This document shows, piece by piece, positions 33,507-43,925 of a stretch of 64,000 nt of DNA. The stretch is from Roseibacillus sp. (GTDB lineage: Bacteria; Verrucomicrobiota; Verrucomicrobiia; Verrucomicrobiales; Akkermansiaceae). Within the stretch, counting starts at the first letter, position 1. Each line of letters opens with the position of its first letter. Under the pieces are notes generated by a model. The model was not told where the DNA came from. It ran no database searches and saw only the letters and a program-made list of their open reading frames with translations. Location: positions 1 to 64,000 of the forward strand of contig CBDEUM010000012.1 in NCBI GenBank assembly GCA_965242925.1, written 5' to 3'. The translations under genes and the position numbers were made by a program.

Positions 33507-33645
33507 CTCCCTCTCCAACGTATTCCCCGCCACGGAAAATCCGTATCTTCCTTATTCTTCTTACTGGCCTGCTTCTCTTCCGAACATTAATGACCCGAGA
33601 AGTTCAGAACGATGCATGTGACGCAAGGGGGCATGGATCAATCCG

Positions 33646-33948
33646 ATGAAATCACCGATTGCCAGACTCGCCAGGCATATGCTGCTCATCACAGCGATTT
33701 ATGCCTTGGTTTGTATTCCCGCCATTCTCCTCTCGGAACGCTACGGCTGGACCCAGGCCCCATATCACCTGACCCAGATGATCGCCGTCATCCTGTGCCT
33801 TATCTCCTCCGTCGTGTTTCTCGCTGCCACCCGCTCTTCCCCATTCGGACCATGGCAGTGGCTGGCGTCCTCTGCCCTCGCGCTTTGCTTCCTCTGGCTT
33901 ACCTTCGCGGCCTACGCACTCGCGACCTACTCCGGCCCGGGAGACTGA
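33646..33948 (+). CDS. Hypothetical membrane protein (3 TM)
   Basis: 100-aa ORF with three hydrophobic segments. Confidence 0.5.
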   Translation: MKSPIARLARHMLLITAIYALVCIPAILLSERYGWTQAPYHLTQMIAVILCLISSVVFLAATRSSPFGPWQWLASSALALCFLWLTFAAYALATYSGPGD

Positions 33949-33979
33949 GACTTCAGGACACCCGGAATTGACTAAGAAG

Positions 33980-34065
33980 TGGTGGGCAGGGAAGGACTCG
34001 AACCTTCGAAGGCGTAAGCCAGCAGATTTACAGTCTGCCCCGTTTGACCACTTCGGTACCTACCC
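33980..34065 (-). tRNA. tRNA-Tyr (GTA)
   Basis: GGGTAGGTACCGAAGTGGTCAAACGGGGCAGACTGTAAATCTGC...GGTTCGAGTCCTTCCCTGCCCACCA; long variable arm, encoded CCA. Confidence 0.97.
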
Positions 34066-34186
34066 TTAAAGTGCGGAGCGGAGGGCATATGCCGGGGACT
34101 TCCTACGCTCAAGCCTAAAATATCAAGGCGAATCGAAGTGCTCCGGCCTTGCATGAAGGAACCGGGGCCGTTAAGGGGCTCGTGTC

Positions 34187-35214
34187 ATGCCTATTGCAAC
34201 TCCTGAGCAATACCGCCAAATGCTGGATGCCGCCCAGAAGGGTGGATACGCCTATCCCGCAATCAACATCACTTCCCTGACAACCGCCAACGGGGCCCTC
34301 AAGGCCTTTTCCGAGGCCAATTCAGACGGGATCATCCAGCTCTCCTCCGGGGGCGGGCAGTTTGCCTCCGGTCTAGCGGTCAATGACGCGGCCTTCGGGT
34401 CCATCGTGCTGGCTGAGGCCGTCCACCGTCTCGCCGAGAAATACGACGTCCTGATCGGACTCCATACCGATCACTGCCATCCCGGAAAGGTGGACAGCTT
34501 CCTGCGGCCCCTCCTGAAGGAATCCCGCCGCCGCAAGGAAAACGGACAGGGCCCTCTCTTCCAGTCGCACATGCTCGATGCCTCCGAACTCCCCCTCGAC
34601 GAGAACATGACCCTCTCGGTGGAGATCATGAAGGAGTGCGTGGAACTCGACATCATCCTCGAAGTCGAGGCCGGCGTGGTGGGCGGCGAGGAGGACGGGC
34701 ACGATACCTCGGGCCTGCCCGCGGAAAAGCTCTACACCACCCCGGAGGATATGATGACAGTCTACGAGACGTTGAATCCGCTCGTCGCTTCATGTTCGCC
34801 GCCACTTTTGGGAATGTGCACGGTGCCTACAAGCCCGGTGCTGTAAAACTCAAGCCCACCATCCTCCGGGATGGGCAGAAGACCGTGATGGACAAGCATG
34901 GGGAGGATGCCGAAATGGATCTTGTCTTCCACGGCGGAAGCGGATCTTCACTGGAGGACCTTCGGGAAACCCTCGATTACGGGGTGATCAAGATGAACAT
35001 CGATACCGACACCCAGTATGCCTTCACCCGTCCGGTGGTGACTCACATCTGCGAGAATATCGAGGGTGTCCTCAAGATCGAGGACGAGGTCGGGAACAAG
35101 AAGGTCTACGACCCCCGTTCCTATCTCAAGAAGGCCGAGCAGAGCCTTTGCGACCGCCTGAAGCGCGCCTGCGACGACCTGCTTTCCACCGGGAACAGCA
35201 TCTACCAGTCCTAA
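34187..35214 (+). CDS. fbaA: Class II fructose-bisphosphate aldolase (frameshift ~34785)
   Basis: LHTDHC, SHMLDAS, GGEEDG, FGNVHGAYKPG, VFHGGSGS, KMNIDTDTQ. Confidence 0.95.
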
Positions 35215-35293
35215 TAAGGGGCCGGCAGGCCCAGGGTCGAAGGCCGCGCGTCGGGGCCTTTGACCTTCGCCTTCCCGACTCCTCCCCGTCCTC

Positions 35294-36097
35294 ATGTCCG
35301 ACGTCGCTGCCAAGCCTCCGCAGGAAAACCCGCTGACCAACATCCTCGTCAACGTCCTGGTGCCCATCCTGGCCCTGACGATGATGAGCGACGATCCGGC
35401 GATCCTGGAACAGCTCCGTGCCGAGGGAGTGGACGCCAAGGAACCCCGCCTGTGGCACCTCGGACCGGTCAAGGCCCTCGTTATCGCCCTGACCCTGCCT
35501 GTCTGTTACGGGATCTGGTTCTTCTGCCAGCACCGGAAACTCAATTTCTTCTCGGTCATCGGATTGATCTCGGTACTCCTGACCGGCGGTCTCACCCTCT
35601 ACCTCTGGCAGGAGGATGGAAGTGTTCGGTCCAATGCCCCCACCCTCTTCGGGATCAAGGAAGGATCAATTCCTCTCATCCTCGGACTCGCCATCTTCGG
35701 ATCGCACTGGACGAAGACCCCTCTCCTCAACACCTTTCTCTATAGCCCCCAGATTTTCGACATCGGGAAAATCGAGCGGGTGGTGAAGGAAAGAGCCGCG
35801 GCAGAGGGCTATGCGCGGCTCCTCTTCACCTGTACCATCTTTTTCTCTGCTTCCTTCCTCGTCAGCACCGTTGCCAACTTTCTCCTCGCCCAGCACTTCC
35901 TCGGGGACATCAATTTCAATGACAAGCTGGAGGCTCGCCGCCAGTACAACAACGGAGTAGGTAAGCTCACCTTCTGGGGATTCATTGCCATAGGAGTGCC
36001 CATCCTCGTAATCCTCATGTTCGTGATGTGGCACCTCGTGAAGGGCATCAAGAAACTCACCGGCTTGGACACCGAGGAGATCCTCCTGCCTCGCTAG
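35294..36097 (+). CDS. VC0807 family membrane protein
   Basis: ENPL.NIL.NVL.P, LGP..AL..AL, NFFS.IG.ISVLLTGG, KE..IPL. Confidence 0.75.
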   Translation: MSDVAAKPPQENPLTNILVNVLVPILALTMMSDDPAILEQLRAEGVDAKEPRLWHLGPVKALVIALTLPVCYGIWFFCQHRKLNFFSVIGLISVLLTGGLTLYLWQEDGSVRSNAPTLFGIKEGSIPLILGLAIFGSHWTKTPLLNTFLYSPQIFDIGKIERVVKERAAAEGYARLLFTCTIFFSASFLVSTVANFLLAQHFLGDINFNDKLEARRQYNNGVGKLTFWGFIAIGVPILVILMFVMWHLVKGIKKLTGLDTEEILLPR

Positions 36098-36106
36098 GGA
36101 AGGCCC

Positions 36107-36382
36107 TCAGTCCACGAAGTTGTCGATGCGCCGGGCTACTTCGAAATCTGCCGCGGTAAGGGCGCCCTTGGAATGCGTGGTCAGGCGCAGGCTCACCCGG
36201 AGATAGCGGATATCGATGTCCGGATGGTGCCCGGCGTCCTCGGCAATCCCGGCAACCCCATTGACGAAATCGATGGCCTTGGGAAAGGACTCGAATTCAA
36301 AGGTCCGGCCTATTTCCTTCCCCTTCAGTTCCCAGGCTGGGCACCGGGTGAGGCCATCGGCGAAGTCGTCGGTTGGGTCCAT
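36107..36382 (-). CDS. phhB: Pterin-4-alpha-carbinolamine dehydratase
   Basis: AEDAGHHPDIDI, LTTHSKGALTAADF. Confidence 0.9.
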   Translation of the reverse strand: MDPTDDFADGLTRCPAWELKGKEIGRTFEFESFPKAIDFVNGVAGIAEDAGHHPDIDIRYLRVSLRLTTHSKGALTAADFEVARRIDNFVD

Positions 36383-36605
36383 GAGACGACAATCTGTCAC
36401 CTTCCAAGCATGGCTGGCAAGGCGGTTTGAGGGACAAAAACAGCTGCAAGGGAGCATCTCGCTCCCGAGCACTTCTCACATCACCACAGCTATTGAGATT
36501 GCGCCGGCAGGGAACAGCGCCCCTTCGCAAGGCAGGACGCTTGAATTCCGCTCCATCGGGGGGTCTAATTGCTGTTCACACGTTCCCATCGCTGTCCTAC
36601 ACCTT

Positions 36606-37280
36606 ATGAAACACCTCCTTTTCCTTTCGCTGGCAGGGGCCTGTCTTGTCTTTGTCTCATGCTCGACATCCTCTGGAATCTACGGCGGATCCGGGCGCTA
36701 CGCAGCCTACGATCTCCCCGCCTCCAAGCCATCGGATCCAACCCAGGTCAGGGTCAAGGTCTCGATCAGAAACCAGGCCGCCTACGTGATGGAGGGCAAC
36801 CGACCGCTCCTGGTGATGCCGGTAGCGGTAGGAACCTCAAACAACCCCACTCCGCAGGGCAGCTTCCGCATCTTCATAAAGGATCACAAGCACCGCGCCA
36901 ACAGCCACGGCTACGCCTACAACGGCAATTCAGTGGTCCAGACCTGGCTCTCCAAGAAACCTGCGGGATGGAAATTCAAGGGCACGCCCATGCCCTACTG
37001 GTGCGAATTCAAGTCCAACTACGGGTTTCACACCGGCTGGATGAAACCCTACCCCTGTACCTACGGCTGCCTCCGCATGCACGAAAACCTGGCGCCCAAG
37101 TTCTACAGCCTGATAAGGGTAGGCACCCCGGTAAGTATCAGCACCACCCAGCCGGAGGACGCAACCATCGGCCGGAACATCCCAAGACCTCCCGATGCCG
37201 GACCGCTTCCCGATTATCCACATTCCTTTTACCTCGGAAACAGCTACTTCACAAAGCACAAGACTCCCAGCTACCGATAG
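36606..37280 (+). CDS. L,D-transpeptidase (YkuD) lipoprotein
   Basis: Lipobox FVSC; TPQGSF, PMPYW, GFH...YGCLRM. Confidence 0.85.
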   Translation: MKHLLFLSLAGACLVFVSCSTSSGIYGGSGRYAAYDLPASKPSDPTQVRVKVSIRNQAAYVMEGNRPLLVMPVAVGTSNNPTPQGSFRIFIKDHKHRANSHGYAYNGNSVVQTWLSKKPAGWKFKGTPMPYWCEFKSNYGFHTGWMKPYPCTYGCLRMHENLAPKFYSLIRVGTPVSISTTQPEDATIGRNIPRPPDAGPLPDYPHSFYLGNSYFTKHKTPSYR

Positions 37281-37340
37281 AACGGTCTGCTCTTTCCCAA
37301 CCCCGTCCCGGCGGGAGGGTGTCAGCACCTCGGCGAAGTC

Positions 37341-37958
37341 CTAATTGACCACGAGCAGAACCGCAAGAGTCAGGAGTCCGACCCCAAAGCCGGTATCGAA
37401 CCAGGGGCCCGCCCGCTGGTAGCCATTCCGGAATGGTCGGAACTGGAGCATCCAGACGTAAAGAAACCAGAGAACAAATCCCTGAATGACGATGATCAAC
37501 CAAAGAGCGGAAGACCACCAGCCAGGACGATCCCCGGCGACAAACTCGGTCACTACCGCTGCAAAGATGAGCGCCACCTTGGGGTTGAGAATATTGCAGA
37601 GCAGACCGCGCACGTAGGCTGACCGTCCATTTTCACTCTCGCCTTCCTCGCGGCGCCTCCCTCGATGCATCACCGCAAGAACGGCAGGCAGGAGACGTAA
37701 TCCCAGATAGGCAAGATAGAGGGCTGCCACCCACCGAAGAGCGCCGGTGAGCCATTCACCCTTCCCCATGAGATAAGCCATCCCGAACACGGCCACGGTG
37801 GCATGCACACACAACCCGGTGGCAATTCCCGCCGCCGTCCACCATCCGGCAGAGCGCCCCTGCGCCAGGGACGTGCGGGTGAGCAGCAGCATGTCGGGCC
37901 CCGGACTGAATTGCCCGAGCGCCATCACACCTGCAAACACCAGGAGATCACCGATCAC
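37341..37958 (-). CDS. LysE/RhtB family translocator
   Basis: SPGPDMLL, YLAYLG, GLLCNILNPK. Confidence 0.9.
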   Translation of the reverse strand: MIGDLLVFAGVMALGQFSPGPDMLLLTRTSLAQGRSAGWWTAAGIATGLCVHATVAVFGMAYLMGKGEWLTGALRWVAALYLAYLGLRLLPAVLAVMHRGRRREEGESENGRSAYVRGLLCNILNPKVALIFAAVVTEFVAGDRPGWWSSALWLIIVIQGFVLWFLYVWMLQFRPFRNGYQRAGPWFDTGFGVGLLTLAVLLVVN

Positions 37959-38272
37959 CCGGAGAGAAGAGCAGCCGCATCGCCCCGCTGCAATGTCAAC
38001 GACGATCCAAAAACAGACAGCTACGGAACTCGTTTTCCGGCTCCCCTCTATTTCCGCCAATCACCGAAGGAAAATACCGGGAAATGAATCATGGTGCAAC
38101 GCAGACCATTCCCTGCCGCCGCCCTGGGCCCCTTTCGTTCTTTGACAATCCTCCCTGAATTCCTACCCTGCAGATCCTCAAGACAAGGAGGCAAGCCCCG
38201 CACGGTGAGCAGCTTTCTTTCGACAGCTCCCTCCCCTTTCCAACCTGTTAATATTTGAAAGTCGCAAGCCCC

Positions 38273-41065
38273 ATGGACACCCTCCGCACCTTCCCCACCG
38301 GCTCCGGCTCCGGCTCCGGCTCCGAGGGACAATTCTACTCGCTTCCCGCCCTCGCTGAGCAGGGATTCCCGAACCTCCCGCGTCTTCCGATCTCCATCCG
38401 GATTGTTCTTGAATCCATTCTGCGCAATGTCGATGGCAAGAAAGTCACCGAGGAGGATGTCCGGAACCTGGCCAGCTGGAACGCCAGGGCGCCCGGCGAC
38501 TATGAAATCCCGTTTACGGTCGCCCGCATCGTGCTGCAGGACTTCACCGGGGTTCCCCTCCTCGTTGACGTTGCGGCCATGCGGGACGCAGCCGTAAAGC
38601 AGGGCGCGGAAGCAGAAGCCATCGAACCCCTTGTCCCGGTCGACCTCGTCGTCGATCACTCCGTGCAGGTTGATTTCGCCGGCTCCCCGCAGGCACTCGA
38701 CCGCAACATGGAAATTGAGTTCATTCGCAATCGCGAGCGCTACGAGTTCCTCAAGTGGGGCCAGCAGGCCTTCGACACCTTCTCGGTTGTTCCTCCGGGG
38801 ATCGGAATCGTGCACCAGGTCAATCTGGAGCATCTCGCCAAGGGAGTTCTTTCCAGAGGCAACGTCTACTACCCCGACACCCTGGTGGGAACCGACTCAC
38901 ACACCACCATGATCAATGGTGTGGGCGCAGTCGGATGGGGCGTGGGCGGAATTGAAGCGGAGGCCGGCATGCTCGGTCAGCCCGTCACTTTCCTGGTCCC
39001 TGAAGTAGTGGGCGTCTGCCTGCACGGCCAACTCGGGGAAGGGGTCACCGCCACGGACCTCACCCTGCGTATCACGGAGATGCTGCGGGCGCACGGCGTA
39101 GTGGGCAAGTTCGTCGAGTTCCACGGACCAGGAGCGCAGGACCTCACCCTGCCTGATCGTGCCACCATCGCCAATATGGCACCAGAGTATGGAGCTACCA
39201 TGGGGTTCTTCCCGGTGGACGAGGAAACAATCAACTACCTCGTGGGCACGGGCCGCGACCCCGCGCTCTGTGAGACCGTGCGGAATTATTTCCAGGCCCA
39301 GGACATGTTCGGCATCCCCGATAAGGGCCAATGCGACTACACCGACCTTCTCGAACTGGACCTGGCTTCCATTCAGCCCTCGGTCTCCGGCCCGAAACGC
39401 CCCCAGGATCGCATCGAGGTGCCGCGGCTCCGCGAACGCTTCGACGAGCTTTTTACCTCCCCTGCCACCGAGGGAGGTTTTGGCGAACCCGCTGACAAAC
39501 GCGAAACCCGCATGCCCGTGCACCTCGACAGCCCCGCGGGCGAGTTCGATTCGCCCATCCTCGACGGTGAGACCATCACCGCGATAGATACGGACACTTC
39601 AATCGCGCACGGTTCGATCCTCATCGCAGCAATTACCAGCTGCACCAATACTTCCAACCCGAGCGTCATGCTGGCAGCCGGCCTTCTCGCCAGGAAAGCC
39701 AACGAAAAGGGACTGACCATCGCGCCTTACGTGAAAACGTCCCTCGCGCCGGGATCGCGCGTGGTGACCGACTACCTTGACGCCACTGGCCTGAGCCCGG
39801 AACTCGACAAACTCGGATTCCAGACCGTGGGCTACGGATGCACAACCTGCATCGGCAACTCGGGTCCGCTCCATCCGGCCATCGAGTCCGCGCTCAAGGA
39901 GGGAGACCTCGTATGTGCCTCGGTGCTCTCCGGGAACCGCAACTTCGAGGCGCGGGTCCACGGCGCGGTCCGCGCAAATTTCCTCATGTCGCCTCCCCTG
40001 GTGGTGGCCTATGCCCTGGCCGGGAGGGTCGACCTCGATCTCAGCACCGAACCCCTGGCAAGCGATGAGGACGGCAATCCCGTCTTTCTGAGGGATATCT
40101 GGCCCTCACATGCCGAAATCAGGGAGCAAATGGAAGCAGCCCTCAACCCGGAAGTATTCAACAAGCTCTACGGCGATTTCGACACCGCCAATCCAAAGTG
40201 GAGCCAGATCCCCGGCCAGGCGGGGGCGACTTATCCGTGGGACGAAAATTCCACCTATATCCAGCACCCGCCTTTCTTCGACGGCTTCACAGGAACCCCG
40301 GGCGACATCATCGACATCGTGGATGCCCGCCCGCTGGGCATTTTTGGTGACTCGGTCACCACCGACCACATTTCTCCCGCTGGCGCAATCAAGGAGGACT
40401 CTCCCGCCGGAAGCTACCTCCTCGAAAACGGAGTGGAAAAAGCCCAGTTCAATTCCTTCGGTTCCCGGCGTGGGAATGACCGGGTAATGACCCGTGGCAC
40501 TTTTGGCAATGTCCGGATCAAGAACCTCATGGTCCCCGGCACCGAAGGCGGCTACACCGTCTACCATGGGACCGGCGAAGTTCCGGACCTTGGCCTGCCA
40601 AAAACGACTCCGGGGGGAACCGCCACTCACATTTATGATGCCTCCCAGGCCTACCAGTCCGATGGCACCTCCCTCGTGGTGATTGGCGGAAGCGATTACG
40701 GCATGGGGTCCTCCCGCGACTGGGCTGCCAAGGGAACCCGTCTCCTTGGCGTAAGAGCGGTGGTTACCAAGTCCTTTGAACGCATTCACCGTTCCAACTT
40801 GATCGGGATGGGCGTTCTTCCGCTCACCTTCGTCGAAGAATCCGACTATGACAGGGTCTCGAACCTGCATGATGCAACCTTCTCGATCACCGGTTTAAGC
40901 AACGACCTGACTCCCCGTAGCAAAGTCACCCTGACGGCCATAAGTGCCGATGGGCCAACCGTGGAAGTTCCCGTGGTGGTACGACTGGATACGCCGGTGG
41001 AGATTGATTACTACCGGGCGGGTGGAATCCTGCCTTACGTCCTGGCCCAGATTCTTGCGGGCTAG
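38273..41065 (+). CDS. acnA: Aconitate hydratase A
   Basis: [57 protein letters not shown]. Confidence 0.98.
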   Translation: MDTLRTFPTGSGSGSGSEGQFYSLPALAEQGFPNLPRLPISIRIVLESILRNVDGKKVTEEDVRNLASWNARAPGDYEIPFTVARIVLQDFTGVPLLVDVAAMRDAAVKQGAEAEAIEPLVPVDLVVDHSVQVDFAGSPQALDRNMEIEFIRNRERYEFLKWGQQAFDTFSVVPPGIGIVHQVNLEHLAKGVLSRGNVYYPDTLVGTDSHTTMINGVGAVGWGVGGIEAEAGMLGQPVTFLVPEVVGVCLHGQLGEGVTATDLTLRITEMLRAHGVVGKFVEFHGPGAQDLTLPDRATIANMAPEYGATMGFFPVDEETINYLVGTGRDPALCETVRNYFQAQDMFGIPDKGQCDYTDLLELDLASIQPSVSGPKRPQDRIEVPRLRERFDELFTSPATEGGFGEPADKRETRMPVHLDSPAGEFDSPILDGETITAIDTDTSIAHGSILIAAITSCTNTSNPSVMLAAGLLARKANEKGLTIAPYVKTSLAPGSRVVTDYLDATGLSPELDKLGFQTVGYGCTTCIGNSGPLHPAIESALKEGDLVCASVLSGNRNFEARVHGAVRANFLMSPPLVVAYALAGRVDLDLSTEPLASDEDGNPVFLRDIWPSHAEIREQMEAALNPEVFNKLYGDFDTANPKWSQIPGQAGATYPWDENSTYIQHPPFFDGFTGTPGDIIDIVDARPLGIFGDSVTTDHISPAGAIKEDSPAGSYLLENGVEKAQFNSFGSRRGNDRVMTRGTFGNVRIKNLMVPGTEGGYTVYHGTGEVPDLGLPKTTPGGTATHIYDASQAYQSDGTSLVVIGGSDYGMGSSRDWAAKGTRLLGVRAVVTKSFERIHRSNLIGMGVLPLTFVEESDYDRVSNLHDATFSITGLSNDLTPRSKVTLTAISADGPTVEVPVVVRLDTPVEIDYYRAGGILPYVLAQILAG

Positions 41066-41120
41066 GCCCACGGGGCGATTCGACATTTCTGCCTTCCCGC
41101 TTATAGTGAGGGAACCCCCC

Positions 41121-43868
41121 ATGACTCTCCTCATTCCAGGCTGCCTGCGGCAGAGTGGCATCCTGTTGTCATTACTGCTCCTTGTCCTCGCGGGGGCCAC
41201 CTCCCCCGGCACTCCCCTTCGAGTGGCCACTTTGAATGTCGAACTCGGCCTCGGGGCACCAGGGAGCACGGGATTCGAGGCTGCGGTCGATATACTGGAG
41301 CGGATCGATGCCGATGTCGTCGCCCTCCAGGAACTCAATCGCCCCGACTTTGAAGGAGCTCCGACTTCTTTTGAGAGTCTGGCCTCCACCCTTGGTTATC
41401 CACACCTCCACACCGCCACAACTCAGGGAGTTCTCGATCTCGGGATGCGCGCCGGATTCCTCAGTCGCTACCCCATCACCTCTGCCACCAACATCGGGTC
41501 CCCGCCGGGAGCCCGGGACATGGCGCGCCAGATTCCGGCCATCGTAGTGGATGTCCCTGCCACCCTCGCCGATCCCACCATCCTGACTTTGCACCTGAAG
41601 TGCTGTCTCGATCCGGACGACCCCTTCCGGAGGGCCGTCGAGTTGAAGCGGATCACGGACTATCTGGCGGCCCAGGAGTTGACGGCCGGGGACAACGTCA
41701 TCGTTCTCGGCGACTTCAACCTGATAGGAAGCGATCTGGCCTACGACACGGTTCCGAGCGGACTGCCCCAGACCTTCGAACTGGGAGAAGATGTAACCTT
41801 TCCCATCAACTACCACACGGATCCGGCAACCTACTTTCAATCCTGGTCCATCTCCGCGCTCGAGGCCCGGCAACTCAACGGCTCTTCCAACACCCAGGGC
41901 AGCGGACGCCTTGATTTCATCCTCGCCACCTCAGCCCTGACAAACCGACCCCATGCCAGCGAAGTCTACAACAGCGCCCTTGATGTCAGCACCCGGGATG
42001 GGCTTCCGAAGACCGGCTCACCGCTACCCGAAGGAACAAGCCGCAGTGCCTCGGACCACCTGGCCATCTTTGCCGACTTCGCCCTGACCTCTCAGGACAC
42101 CCTTGGCCTCGTGGTCTCTCCCACCGAAGTAGCGGAATCCGACCCTCCCGGCGCAGCCGTGCTCATAGTTGAGCTGCCCGTTGCTCCCGGCCCGGGGGAA
42201 TCGATTGAGGTCCAGCTCAGTTCTTCAGCGCCGGAGGAAGCAATTCCGGCGCTGACAACGATCACCTTCCTGGCCGGGGAGACTCTTCAGGAGGTCGACG
42301 TCGTTCCACGAACCGACGGACAGATCGACGGGGCCAGAGAGGTCATCTTTACTGCCGCTTCCGCCGGTTTCGCTTCCGCCACGGCCCGTCTCCAGGTGAA
42401 CGACAGCTCCATGTCCCTCTACGAGATCAGACAATTGGGCAACCCGGTCACTGAGGACTTCAGGGAATTCGAGGGGATCTCCGCTCCGCCGCGCTGGACT
42501 ACTTCCCGGGGATTCTGGCGTGGTATTGATGACGGCAGCTCCGGTATCGGCGGCCTCTACTCCTACGGCAACGACGGGTCACTCGGATTTCTTGTCAACA
42601 ACAACCCGGTCACTGCCACAGCCAGCTTCCGGAATAATACCGGCCATACGATCACCGCCCTTCATGTCGCCTACGATGCGGAGCAGTGGCGCTCCTTCGA
42701 AGGCGGGAGGGCCGACACTATCACGGTGGAGACCTCCATCGGTGGCGTCCTCAACCCCCTGTCCACTCTCACCTTCACCGCAGACCGATCTCCCCCCGGC
42801 AACGGGCCCGTTCCAGGGGGACTCTCCACCACCCTCTCGGCAGAGATCTCCGATCTTTCCATAGCCCCGGGTGAGACCTTCCAGATCATGTTCACCGCGA
42901 CCCCGGGACCCCTTTCCGGTTTCATTGAGGACTCAATCCGCCTGAACGAGATCCACTACGACAACGGTGGCCAGGATATCGACGAGTTTCTCGAAATCCT
43001 GGTGGCCCCAGGTTACGAAGGGCCTGCCTCGGAAGTGGATATCCTGCTCTACAATGGCAATGGTGGCACTCTCTACGGACAGCACTCCCTGGCATCCTTT
43101 TCCCACGACCAGACCTTTCCTTCCGGCTACCGTCTGTATTCCAAACTCATTCCCAGGATCCAGAATGGGCCCGACGGGATAGCTATCGTGGCGCAGGGTG
43201 AAGTGCGGGATTTTCTCTCCTACGAAGGCACTTTCACCGCAACCGACGGCCCGGCCAGCAGGAGGGTATCAGAGAATATCGGCGTGGTTCAGGCCAATCC
43301 CGTTCCGGCGCCCGGCATGGGCAGCCTGGGCCTGACAGGGGACTCCACCTGGTCCCGTTTCTCCACTCCGCACTCCCGCGGAGTATTAAATCCCGGTCAA
43401 CTACTGGTTAGTCATCCCATACCGGGAATCGCCATGGACAACCTCAGTATCATCGCCCGGGACGACACCGACCTCGATGGACTGCCCGATTGGATCGAAC
43501 AAGAACTCGGCACCAATCCCAAGCTTGTGGACAGCGACGGAAATGGAGTCCCGGATGGAGAGGAAGACGCGGATGGAGATCGGCAGAGCAATCTGGCCGA
43601 ACTTAATCTCACCCAGACCGACCCGCTCGATCCCAACTCCCGCTTCCAGATCACGATTACCTCCGATCCCGGTGTTATGCATGGCGCCCTCCTCTCCTTT
43701 GCCACTCTCCCCGGTCGCAGTTACACCATCTTTCACAGTAACGACCTGGTCACCTGGGCTCCGCTTTTCTCCCTCCCGGGATCGGGCCGGTCCGAAACCC
43801 GGGCCGTCACCGGAACCCCTCTCACCCCGTCCAACTTCTTCCGGGTCGAAGTCGTTCAGGGTAGATAA
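41121..43868 (+). CDS. Secreted endonuclease/exonuclease/phosphatase with Calx-beta-like, lamin-tail, TSP3-like and C-terminal domains
   Basis: RVATLN, DVVALQE, HLK, GDFN, RLDFI, ASDH; NEIHYDN; DTDLDGLPD. Confidence 0.85.
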   Translation: MTLLIPGCLRQSGILLSLLLLVLAGATSPGTPLRVATLNVELGLGAPGSTGFEAAVDILERIDADVVALQELNRPDFEGAPTSFESLASTLGYPHLHTATTQGVLDLGMRAGFLSRYPITSATNIGSPPGARDMARQIPAIVVDVPATLADPTILTLHLKCCLDPDDPFRRAVELKRITDYLAAQELTAGDNVIVLGDFNLIGSDLAYDTVPSGLPQTFELGEDVTFPINYHTDPATYFQSWSISALEARQLNGSSNTQGSGRLDFILATSALTNRPHASEVYNSALDVSTRDGLPKTGSPLPEGTSRSASDHLAIFADFALTSQDTLGLVVSPTEVAESDPPGAAVLIVELPVAPGPGESIEVQLSSSAPEEAIPALTTITFLAGETLQEVDVVPRTDGQIDGAREVIFTAASAGFASATARLQVNDSSMSLYEIRQLGNPVTEDFREFEGISAPPRWTTSRGFWRGIDDGSSGIGGLYSYGNDGSLGFLVNNNPVTATASFRNNTGHTITALHVAYDAEQWRSFEGGRADTITVETSIGGVLNPLSTLTFTADRSPPGNGPVPGGLSTTLSAEISDLSIAPGETFQIMFTATPGPLSGFIEDSIRLNEIHYDNGGQDIDEFLEILVAPGYEGPASEVDILLYNGNGGTLYGQHSLASFSHDQTFPSGYRLYSKLIPRIQNGPDGIAIVAQGEVRDFLSYEGTFTATDGPASRRVSENIGVVQANPVPAPGMGSLGLTGDSTWSRFSTPHSRGVLNPGQLLVSHPIPGIAMDNLSIIARDDTDLDGLPDWIEQELGTNPKLVDSDGNGVPDGEEDADGDRQSNLAELNLTQTDPLDPNSRFQITITSDPGVMHGALLSFATLPGRSYTIFHSNDLVTWAPLFSLPGSGRSETRAVTGTPLTPSNFFRVEVVQGR

Positions 43869-43925
43869 CGCAGCCCCGGGTGCTTACTCTTGCCTCCAGG
43901 GTCATCGCCCCCCACTCTCCCGCCC

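Noticed and set aside
33972..34154. 60-aa ORF, and possible tRNA-Sec identity of the long-arm tRNA
   Set aside because: The ORF merely overlaps the tRNA; the anticodon is GTA (Tyr), not TCA.
38300..38323. (GGCTCC)x4 microsatellite in acnA as a phase-variation tract
   Set aside because: The unit is 6 nt, so the frame is preserved; it only lengthens a Gly-Ser loop.
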